In this document: positions 17,036 through 24,555 of the stretch, one piece after another
How the letters are laid out: each line of letters opens with the position of its first letter
Numbering within the stretch: position 1 is the stretch's first letter
Source: Chlamydiales bacterium
GTDB lineage: Bacteria > Chlamydiota > Chlamydiia > Chlamydiales > SM23-39
Length of the DNA stretch: 32,000 nt
Assembly (NCBI GenBank): GCA_965261025.1
Contig: OZ253438.1
Span: 1,380,001-1,412,000, forward strand
Direction of reading: 5' to 3'
Program-made: the position numbers and the translations under genes
Notes under the pieces: generated by a model
The model's input: the letters and a program-made list of their open reading frames with translations, nothing else
What the model was told of the DNA's origin: nothing
Database searches by the model: none

Positions 17036-18055
17036 CTATCCTAGGTTATCTTTAGATGTTTTTCTACAGAAAAGAGGAGGGCTTTTTAAGAAAAACTCTT
17101 CTAGTTTCTTAAAAATCCCTTTTCCTTGAGAAAGGTGAAGGGTTTCTGCTGCTTTTACGAAATTTTCAGCAGGACAGTTGCCGTGGCACTTAAAAACTAC
17201 CTTAGAACAACCCAATAAAAAAGCTCCTGGATAGGGGGAATAGCAAAGTTTTTCTTGCAAAGATTTTGCCAGATCAGAGGGGAAGGTTTTTTGCATAGAA
17301 TCTAGTAAAAAACGGGCCACTCCTTCTGCTGTTTTTAAAAATATATTTCCTGTAAAACCGTCTGTTACTAAGACATCAATATCGCCTTTGAAAACGGTAT
17401 CTCCCTCTCTATTTCCTAAGAAGGAAAAAAAGGTTTCTTCTTTTAAAGTTGCAAAGGCTTTCTTTAGCTCCAAAAGACCTTTAAAAGGCTCTTTTCCAAT
17501 GTTTAAAAAAGCTACTTTAGGCTTGAGGACTCCAAAAGCTTTTTGTAAAAGTGTCCCCATTTTAGCAAACTGCTCTAGGGTTTTTCCATTTACAGAAATA
17601 TTGGCTCCTACATCCAGTACTGCCAAGGGTTTTTTTTTCGTAGGAAGAAAAGTGACTAGAGCAGGACGAAAAATTCCAGGAAAAAGAGAGAGCTCGTGTT
17701 TTGCTTTTGCTATCAAAGCTCCTGTATTAGTAGCCGAGATTAAAGCTCCTATTTTCCCCTGTTTTAAAAACCGTAGAGCAACACATATGGAGGCTTCTTT
17801 TTTTTTTCGAATAGCTTCCAAAGGAAGGTCTTCCATACGAATCACTTCTTTACAAGTCACAAACTGAAAAAAATCTTTACCATTAGAAGAGCTTTCAAAG
17901 AGATTTTCGAAAACCTTCTTTTGTTTTGCTAGACCAAAAAAGCAAAGAGATAGTGGCTCTTTTTTTGCCTTACGGGAAAAGGCCTCCAAGATTTTTTCAG
18001 CAGGAGCTTCCCCTCCCATCAAATCAACGCCAATGAAAAAGGGCTTAGCCTTCAC
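17036..18055 (-). CDS. plsX: Phosphate:acyl-ACP acyltransferase
   Basis: Motifs are IGVDLMGGE, LDVGANISV and VTDGFTGNIFLKT. The putative GTG start overlaps the rpmF 3' end by 11 nt. Confidence 0.88.
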   Translation of the reverse strand: MKAKPFFIGVDLMGGEAPAEKILEAFSRKAKKEPLSLCFFGLAKQKKVFENLFESSSNGKDFFQFVTCKEVIRMEDLPLEAIRKKKEASICVALRFLKQGKIGALISATNTGALIAKAKHELSLFPGIFRPALVTFLPTKKKPLAVLDVGANISVNGKTLEQFAKMGTLLQKAFGVLKPKVAFLNIGKEPFKGLLELKKAFATLKEETFFSFLGNREGDTVFKGDIDVLVTDGFTGNIFLKTAEGVARFLLDSMQKTFPSDLAKSLQEKLCYSPYPGAFLLGCSKVVFKCHGNCPAENFVKAAETLHLSQGKGIFKKLEEFFLKSPPLFCRKTSKDNLG

Positions 18056-18224
18056 TAGATATGACTGCTCGGTTTTTGTAAAAGCCGCAGGAAGGGCATA
18101 TATGATGAGGCTTTTTTGCCTTTCCGCAGTTTGTGCAAGAAAGAAGTTGGACAGGCTTTTTTGCCATATGAGCCCTACGGGAGTTTTTTCTCGCGTTGGA
18201 AGTTCGGTTTCTAGGTACTGCCAT
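18045..18224 (-). CDS. rpmF: 50S ribosomal protein L32 (missing from the ORF track; 59 aa)
   Basis: My own translation of the minus strand gives MAVPRNRTSNARKNSRRAHMAKKPVQLLSCTNCGKAKKPHHICPSCGFYKNRAVISSEG. It has the canonical MAVP..R.S..R...RR start and a CxxC...CxxC zinc ribbon. A GGAG RBS is upstream. Confidence 0.9.
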   Translation of the reverse strand: MAVPRNRTSNARKNSRRAHMAKKPVQLLSCTNCGKAKKPHHICPSCGFYKNRAVISSEG

Positions 18225-18705
18225 ATTTATCTCCTAATTGGTTATCTAAATCAGAAAAAGGGAAGTGCTCTCCTGTTTTTTCTGAGGAGGCTTTTTTTAA
18301 AAAAGATTTTATGTGCTTTCTCTCAGGACAATCGCCTTGATTGCATTCCAAAAAAGGGGGGATTTCTATTAGAAGAGCTTCCTTTAGAATAGGAAGGACA
18401 TCAAAAATACGATCCTTTATATCCTTTATGGGGTACGTTTGGTAGAACCCTTTTGCTTCGATCTCTTTATCAGTTATTTGATTGCAGACAACACAGGGAA
18501 GCCATACTTTTCCTTTAGCATTTAAGTGAATCACTAAAAGCTCAGAAGTTAAATACGCTTCTAGCTCTACTTGTACCTGATCAGAAACAGTACAATCTGG
18601 TTCTGTTTTTTCTAAAAGAGAAACAGAAAAAAGGCCCTCGATTTTTTCTTTCTTATCCCCTTTTAGTCTGTCTAAAAAAATTTTTAAGGAATCGTCCATA
18701 CGCAC
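18211..18705 (-). CDS. yceD: YceD/DUF177 family protein (23S rRNA accumulation protein)
   Basis: It sits in the conserved position immediately upstream of rpmF-plsX and overlaps rpmF by 14 nt. It has the paired Cys motifs CVVCNQ and ECNQGDCPE typical of DUF177. Confidence 0.7.
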   Translation of the reverse strand: MRMDDSLKIFLDRLKGDKKEKIEGLFSVSLLEKTEPDCTVSDQVQVELEAYLTSELLVIHLNAKGKVWLPCVVCNQITDKEIEAKGFYQTYPIKDIKDRIFDVLPILKEALLIEIPPFLECNQGDCPERKHIKSFLKKASSEKTGEHFPFSDLDNQLGDKYGST

Positions 18706-18761
18706 ACCAATACCTAACCCTTAAGGGGGGTTCTAGGAAAGCACAAGGTTATCATAGCCTT

Positions 18762-19934
18762 CTAGGGGAAAGCAAGTTTCTTTCCAAAGGCACTTTCTGC
18801 AAATAAAAGTTTTATCACCGTTTGGGAAGGGTTTTCTGTTTTTAAATATTTTTTTATCTCTCCGCAATCTTTTTTTTGTTGATTCCTTTTCTCCTCTTCA
18901 ACAAAAAGAGAACAGGCTTTAGCAAAAAGATTTTTTTCCGTGAAGTTAGGACCTAAGAGCTCAGGAAAAACCTCCCTTTGAAGGAGAATATTTGCTAAGG
19001 TGTAGAAGGGAAGGCGGATCCGTAAAATTTTTTGGGCTAGGAAAAGATCTATTTTACCTATAGCGTAGCTGATAATAGAGGGGGTCTCATGAAGAGCCAA
19101 CTCTAAAGAAATCGTTCCAGAAGTAGCAAAAGCCAGATAAGCTTTTCGCATCCAGAGATAGTTTTCTTTGGCAGGGAATAAGGTGCCTGTAAAAGAGGGG
19201 ACCTTTTTCCTAATTTTTTCTTGTAGCACGGGATTTGCGCAGGAAATAGCTATTTCTACGTGGGGATAGATTCTCTGCAATTTTCTGGCTACCGCTAACT
19301 GGATGGGAAGGTTTTTTTCTAGCTCCTTTTTCCTACTTCCAGGGAAAATAACCAAAATTTTAGGAGAGGAAAAGAAAATATTTTTTTTGAAAAGGGGCGT
19401 TTTTCTCAATTGAAAAGCCAAGGGATGTCCGACATAGTCAACCTTTAAGCAGGTATGAGAGTAATACTGCTTTTCAAAAGGGAATAAGGTAAAGAGATGG
19501 TCTACGGATTTTGCTAAGATATCAGCCCTTTTTTTCCTCCAGGCCCATACGCTTGGGGAGACAAAGTGGAAGATTTTTCCTGGAAAGGATTTCTTTTTAA
19601 GAGAGCTCTCTAATTTCAGGTGAAACTCGGGATAATCTATGAAAAGGACTCTTTTTGGTGTATTTTGTACCAGATACTTCCTAAGTTGAAAAAAGAGTTG
19701 CAGCAATTTTGGCAGGCAAAAGCATACTTCTTTAAAGCCCATTACTTGAAACTTTTCCATAGGGAAGATTTCTTTGCAGGAAAAGGCTCTCATCTTAGGT
19801 CCGAGGATTCCTTCCACTTTTATAGGGAGCTTTCTTTTTTGTATTTCTTGTAAAAGAGAAGCACCTAAGGTGTCTGCGCTAGGTTCGCAAGCGGAGATAA
19901 AAAGGTCTATAGTTTCAGCTTTTGACATATCCAA
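18762..19934 (-). CDS. lpxB: Lipid-A-disaccharide synthase
   Basis: The N-terminal motif is FISACEPSADTLGASLL (cf. AGE.SGD..GA.L). GSRKKELEKNLP (cf. PGSR..E) and SGTISLELAL (cf. SGTatLE) are also present. The size is 390 aa. Confidence 0.85.
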   Translation of the reverse strand: MDMSKAETIDLFISACEPSADTLGASLLQEIQKRKLPIKVEGILGPKMRAFSCKEIFPMEKFQVMGFKEVCFCLPKLLQLFFQLRKYLVQNTPKRVLFIDYPEFHLKLESSLKKKSFPGKIFHFVSPSVWAWRKKRADILAKSVDHLFTLFPFEKQYYSHTCLKVDYVGHPLAFQLRKTPLFKKNIFFSSPKILVIFPGSRKKELEKNLPIQLAVARKLQRIYPHVEIAISCANPVLQEKIRKKVPSFTGTLFPAKENYLWMRKAYLAFATSGTISLELALHETPSIISYAIGKIDLFLAQKILRIRLPFYTLANILLQREVFPELLGPNFTEKNLFAKACSLFVEEEKRNQQKKDCGEIKKYLKTENPSQTVIKLLFAESAFGKKLAFP

Positions 19935-20677
19935 TCAGCTCCTTTGCTGAAGATTTCAGGAGGGGTTCCATGCCCCAGACGACCCACTGAAGGATAGGAG
20001 AAAAGCTCTATTTTTGGGGAGAGTATATTTTTTTCAGTAGCAGCAGCTACCAGATTTTGAAAAAAGGAAAAACAAAGATTTGTTTTTACCCTCGTATCGT
20101 GATTGCCAATGAAAAAAAGAAGTTCTTTTGTACAGAGGTTTTTCAAGAGATGGGTAAGGGTGTAGCGTTTCAGTAAAAAAGCCTCTTTATGAGTAGAAAT
20201 TTCTTCGATAGCACCTAGATCAAGCAGGGGAGCAAAATGAATAGAAAAAGGAAAAGAAAAAAGGGAGGCAAGATGGAGAGCGAAAAAAGATCCTCTAGAA
20301 AGTCCTGAAGTTACGCAAAGGGAAGGGGTGATTAGATTTTTAGCAAAAAGATAGGAAAGGATTTTTTGGGAAGTATCGAAGAAGGAAGAAAAAAAATCTT
20401 CTTTGCTTTGCAAAGCCTCGATAAAGGCAGCAAGAGCTTTTTCCGGTGCAAAAGGTTCTTCATGGAAAGGAAGATTCCAAGAAAAAAGGCGAATTCTTTT
20501 CTTTTGTAAAAACTGGGCTATCTGATTATAGGGATCCAAAGAAAGGCTTGCTTTTCCTGTGGAGGAAAAATAGAAAAGGGCAGGAAGAGGTCCTTCTTCT
20601 AGACAAGGGCCTGTATAAAAGAAAGAGACTTCTTCAACGTCTACTTTTTCTACGGAAATGTCTATGGGGTGATACAT
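19907..20677 (-). CDS. Putative alpha/beta-fold hydrolase
   Basis: It has a nucleophile-elbow-like GLSRGS (G-x-S-x-G), then a downstream GNHDTRV (candidate Asp) and LGHGTPPE (candidate His). It overlaps both neighbours, pcnB by 44 nt and lpxB by 28 nt. Confidence 0.5.
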   Translation of the reverse strand: MYHPIDISVEKVDVEEVSFFYTGPCLEEGPLPALFYFSSTGKASLSLDPYNQIAQFLQKKRIRLFSWNLPFHEEPFAPEKALAAFIEALQSKEDFFSSFFDTSQKILSYLFAKNLITPSLCVTSGLSRGSFFALHLASLFSFPFSIHFAPLLDLGAIEEISTHKEAFLLKRYTLTHLLKNLCTKELLFFIGNHDTRVKTNLCFSFFQNLVAAATEKNILSPKIELFSYPSVGRLGHGTPPEIFSKGADWICQKLKL

Positions 20678-21851
20678 AAGAGTTAGAAAGAACTTTTTTT
20701 TGTAGCTCCTTGTTCCAATCCTCGTAAGTTTTGATAAGTTTTGGATTTAAACAAGAGCGGAGTTTAAAAAAGGAAAGAGCTAAGGGGAAGTCATCATCCC
20801 TAGGGATACGGATTCTTTTTCGCCTTTCTTGAGAAAAGCGAAATTGAGAAGTCATGATAGAGATCATGCTGCTTTTCATTTTTCGAGAGAGATGAAAAAA
20901 GGGAGAAAAAACCGAGTCGATCCATATCTTCGCGCTGCTACTAATTTGTCCTAAGTGAAGTTCTCTTTTTTCTTTTTCTGTAAAGATGTATTCCTCAAAT
21001 AAAGGGTAGATCAAGCACGTTACTAAAATGGGTCTTTTTAAGAAGAGATCTTCCTTTTTTTGGTCTACTTCCTTAAGTAGAGAAAGAATACTATTTTCTC
21101 CCTTTTGTTCGGCAAAATAGTAGGAAAGCTTTGGTAGAAGAAGCTGTAAAAGATCCATTTTGTACAAATAGTGGAAAAAAGGGGCTGAAAAACCTGATTC
21201 TAACATGCGAAATAGCTCTTCTAAGATTCTTGCTTGGGAGCTTTTTACAATTTCTTGTTTGTGATTTTCTAAAGCTTTTAAGGCAGAAGATTCGATAGTT
21301 AAATCAAACCTTGCATGAAATTTGATTAAGCGAATCATTCTTACAGGATCTTGTTGAAAACGAATTTCCGCCTGTCCTATGGTCCTTAAGATCTTTTTTT
21401 GTAAATCTTCATATCCCCCGACATAGTCAATCACCACCTCTTTTTCTGGGTCGTAAAAAAGACCATTGATCGTAAAGTCTCTTCGCAAAACATCCTGCTC
21501 TTCGGTTCCAAAATCATTGTCTCTTACAATCAGGTCCGATTTTTCTATGTCGCCTGAGCGAAATGTGGAAACTTCTAAAATTTTTCTTCCAAAACGAATG
21601 TGGACCAGTCGAAATCTTTTCCCTATGAGAAGGCTATTGCGAAAGAGCCTTTTTATCTCTTCAGGTTTTGCGGAAGTGGAGATATCAAAATCTTTAGGGG
21701 TTTGATCCATCAAAAGATCTCTCACACTTCCCCCCACAAGATAAGCAGAGAATCCCTGCTGTCGTAACTTTTTTATTACGTAGTAGGCATGAGGGTCTAT
21801 ATTAGAGCAAAGAATGGGGTGATGTTTTAGCGTATAGATTTTAGGCTGCAA
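20634..21851 (-). CDS. pcnB: Poly(A) polymerase / CCA-adding nucleotidyltransferase family protein
   Basis: The head-domain motifs are YLVGGSVRDLL...PKDFDISTSAKPEE followed by RRDFTINGLFYD. The size is 405 aa. Confidence 0.8.
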   Translation of the reverse strand: MQPKIYTLKHHPILCSNIDPHAYYVIKKLRQQGFSAYLVGGSVRDLLMDQTPKDFDISTSAKPEEIKRLFRNSLLIGKRFRLVHIRFGRKILEVSTFRSGDIEKSDLIVRDNDFGTEEQDVLRRDFTINGLFYDPEKEVVIDYVGGYEDLQKKILRTIGQAEIRFQQDPVRMIRLIKFHARFDLTIESSALKALENHKQEIVKSSQARILEELFRMLESGFSAPFFHYLYKMDLLQLLLPKLSYYFAEQKGENSILSLLKEVDQKKEDLFLKRPILVTCLIYPLFEEYIFTEKEKRELHLGQISSSAKIWIDSVFSPFFHLSRKMKSSMISIMTSQFRFSQERRKRIRIPRDDDFPLALSFFKLRSCLNPKLIKTYEDWNKELQKKVLSNSYVSPHRHFRRKSRR

Positions 21852-22276
21852 GGCAAAACTAAAGGATTATTATGGAGCCTACCATATAAAGAATCTCATT
21901 TTGCCGTCAAGATTTCTAGTTTTTCTGTTTTTTTACCTATACACCTAGTTGGTTAAGAAACTATTTTCCTGGCAGCTTTCGCTGCTTTATAGGTAATTGC
22001 TGAAACAGATAATTTGCGTTTGCTTAGGCCTTTTATGTTAGGAGTTTTATGCCCTCTCAAGGATAAAATAGTAGGTTTCAATTCCCGATTTTCCCTAAAA
22101 GCTCGCAATTTAAAAGAAAACTTTCACCTCAATAGATGAGATCAATTCATTCTTGCCTAGAAAAATTGGCTCTGGCACATTTTCGTGTGTTTATAGCCCT
22201 GTAGGGGATGAGTCTGAAAGTCTCATAAATTCTTAGGTAGAGGGGTCGTTATATTTATTCAGAGGAGGATGTTTTC

Positions 22277-23458
22277 TTGGGAAAACCATCTGTTTTAGGA
22301 GGGGCTTTTTTAGTAGCGGGGACTTCTATAGGGGCTGGTATGTTAGCGCTTCCTGTAGTTACTGCAGAAGGAGGGTTTTTTCCTTCGTTACTCGTCTATT
22401 TTTTGTGTTGGCTTTGTATGAGTATAACCGGTCTTTTTTTACTAGAGGGGTGTCTTCGCATGAAAAAAGAGGTGAACCTTATTTCCTTGGCAGATCACTA
22501 TTTGGGACTAAAGGGGAAAATTCTAGCCTGGATACTGTATCTTTTCCTATTTTATAGCCTATCTATTGCCTATATCTCTGTGGGAAGTTCTTTAGTGGGA
22601 TTATTTTTTCCTTTCCCTGCTCTTTTAAATAGTCTTATTTTTGTCCTTTTTTTTGGCTTTTTTATTTTTCAGGGAGCTTTTTGGGTAGATAGAATGAATC
22701 TACTTTTGATGGTAGGGCTTTTGCTCTCTTACGTTTCTTTTTTGGTTTTAGGAGGGGGCGAAGTGGAAATAACTCGCTTGAAACCCCAAAATTGGGGAGC
22801 TTGCTTTTTAGCGCTTCCCGTTATTTTTACCTCTTTCAGCTATCAGGGGATTATTCCTAGTTTAACCACGTATCTACAAAGAGATAAAAAAAAACTGCAA
22901 AAGGCTATTTTACTCGGAACTTCTTTTGTTTTTGTCGTTTACATAATTTGGCAAATCCTAATTTTAGGAAGCGTTCCTTTAGAGGGGCAGTATGGTCTTT
23001 TTCAGGCGAAAAATCTAGGGAAGACGGCTATCTATCCTTTTAGAGCCATTTTACAAAACCCGGCTCTTTACTGGATAGGAATTGCTTTTTCTTTTTTTGC
23101 TGTTACTACCTCCTTTTTGGGGGTTACTTTAGGGCTTTTTGACTTTTTATCAGATGGATTAAATTTTTCTAGGAAAGGAAAAAAAGGGCTTCTTTTTTTC
23201 TTAACCTATGGACCTTCTCTTGTAATTCAGGGAATTTATCCTTCTCTTTTTCTCAAAGCTTTAGGATATGCAGGAGGAATAGGATGCGCCCTTCTTCTTG
23301 GATTTTTGCCTGCTTGGATGATTTATAAGGCGCGTTATGTAAAAAGGGAGCCTTTTCCCCCCATAACTCCGTGGGGAAAAACCCTTTTTTACTTTGTTTT
23401 CCTTTTTATTTTGTTTGAATTAACCATTGAGTTTTATAAAGAGCTGTTTTTCTCTTGA
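22277..23458 (+). CDS. tyrP: Aromatic amino acid (tyrosine/tryptophan) permease, HAAAP family
   Basis: The N-terminal signature is GGAFLVAGTSIGAGMLALP. The protein is polytopic with about 11 hydrophobic segments. The start is a TTG with a GAGGAGGA RBS about 8 nt upstream. Confidence 0.8.
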   Translation: MGKPSVLGGAFLVAGTSIGAGMLALPVVTAEGGFFPSLLVYFLCWLCMSITGLFLLEGCLRMKKEVNLISLADHYLGLKGKILAWILYLFLFYSLSIAYISVGSSLVGLFFPFPALLNSLIFVLFFGFFIFQGAFWVDRMNLLLMVGLLLSYVSFLVLGGGEVEITRLKPQNWGACFLALPVIFTSFSYQGIIPSLTTYLQRDKKKLQKAILLGTSFVFVVYIIWQILILGSVPLEGQYGLFQAKNLGKTAIYPFRAILQNPALYWIGIAFSFFAVTTSFLGVTLGLFDFLSDGLNFSRKGKKGLLFFLTYGPSLVIQGIYPSLFLKALGYAGGIGCALLLGFLPAWMIYKARYVKREPFPPITPWGKTLFYFVFLFILFELTIEFYKELFFS

Positions 23459-23491
23459 ACAATTAATTTTTCTAAAATATCTAGAAAGGTT

Positions 23492-24139
23492 ATGAGAGAA
23501 AAATTAAAGGCAATACAAAAATTGGTTGTTTTTACAGCTCTTTTTGTTTTTGTTTGTCTTAGCTTTTATTTGCTTTGGGTTCATTACCAGAACCAAAAGG
23601 CTATATTCATAGAGTCAAAAGGGCAGCCTCAATTTGGAAAAAAAGGGGCTCCTTTACAGATGGTCTTATTTGAGGATTTTCGTTGCGAGAACTGTAGAAC
23701 TTTTATGGAGGAAGTTTTTCCTTTTATTCATGAAGAATACATAGAAAGGGGAAAAGCAGAACTTTTCGTAATTCCTCTTGCTTTTCTAAAAGGTTCCAAA
23801 GATCTAGCCAATGCAGCGTTATGTATCTACTTTTTATATCCAGAAGGATTTTTTCCCTTTCTGAAAAAAGCCTCTTCCCTTCCTCTTAATAAGGCTTATA
23901 AAGAAAAATACTTGCAGATAGGGGCTTCTTTTTCAGGGCTTTCCTTTTCTCAGTTTCAAAACTGCCTTAGTTTAGACTACTATTTTTCCCAGATTGAGCA
24001 AAATTTTGAACTGGCCAAAAAGACCATGAAAGGCGATGTAACAACGCCTTCTCTCTATATCAATGGAGAAAGAATTCCCACCTATTCCAAACAGATCGTT
24101 TTAGAAAAACTAGAGAAACTTTGGAAGGAGAAGGTATGA
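23492..24139 (+). CDS. Membrane-anchored DsbA-like thioredoxin-fold thiol:disulfide oxidoreductase
   Basis: It has an N-terminal TM anchor (LVVFTALFVFVCLSFYLLWV) and a CxxC active site in LFEDFRCENCRTF. A late TPSLYING (cis-Pro loop context) is present. Confidence 0.75.
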   Translation: MREKLKAIQKLVVFTALFVFVCLSFYLLWVHYQNQKAIFIESKGQPQFGKKGAPLQMVLFEDFRCENCRTFMEEVFPFIHEEYIERGKAELFVIPLAFLKGSKDLANAALCIYFLYPEGFFPFLKKASSLPLNKAYKEKYLQIGASFSGLSFSQFQNCLSLDYYFSQIEQNFELAKKTMKGDVTTPSLYINGERIPTYSKQIVLEKLEKLWKEKV

Positions 24140-24555
24140 AGCAAAAAGTGTTTCGTCTCTCTCTTTACCTGGCTTGGGTAGTCTCTTTAATAGCTACCTT
24201 GGCAAGTCTTTACTATTCGGAAATAGCAAAAATCCCTCCCTGTCAGCTTTGCTGGTATCAAAGGATTTGTCTTTTTCCCCTAGTATTCATTTTGGCAGTA
24301 GCCGCCTACCGAGAAGAAAGAAATATAGCCTTATACGTATATCCCCAAGTTTTTCTGGGATTTGTCCTAGCAGGGATCCACTTTCTCTACCCTTACTGGA
24401 ACCCTTGGGGACAGGCCCTTTGCGGAACCGCCTCTTGCTATGAACCTTCCTATACCTTCCTAAGGCTTCCCCTTCCTTTTTGGAGTATGGGTACTTTCAT
24501 ACTCTTGGGGATTTTTCTTAGGCTGTCTGCTTATCAAGAGAAAAAAAATGAGTAG
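24136..24555 (+). CDS. dsbB: Disulfide bond formation protein B (BdbC/DsbB family)
   Basis: It has four TM segments, a first-loop CxxC (PPCQLCWYQRI) and a second Cys pair (CGTASC). I chose the ATG at 24136 because it has an AAGGAGAAGG RBS and an ATGA overlap with the dsbA-like stop. Confidence 0.8.
   Translation: MKQKVFRLSLYLAWVVSLIATLASLYYSEIAKIPPCQLCWYQRICLFPLVFILAVAAYREERNIALYVYPQVFLGFVLAGIHFLYPYWNPWGQALCGTASCYEPSYTFLRLPLPFWSMGTFILLGIFLRLSAYQEKKNE

Noticed and set aside
15532-18392. Plus-strand ORFs 15532..15726, 15837..16196, 16214..16405, 16691..16960, 17388..17867 and 18033..18392, plus the minus alternate-frame ORF 16684..16932.
   Set aside because: They are antisense or alternate-frame to rng, plsX, rpmF and yceD, all of which have strong family signatures. 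They have no independent support.
22060-22095. A tRNA T-arm-like string, GGTTTCAATTCCCGA, in the tyrP upstream gap.
   Set aside because: The flanking bases do not form a 5-bp T-stem. I could build no acceptor, D or anticodon arms on either strand. It is not a tRNA or tmRNA 3' end.
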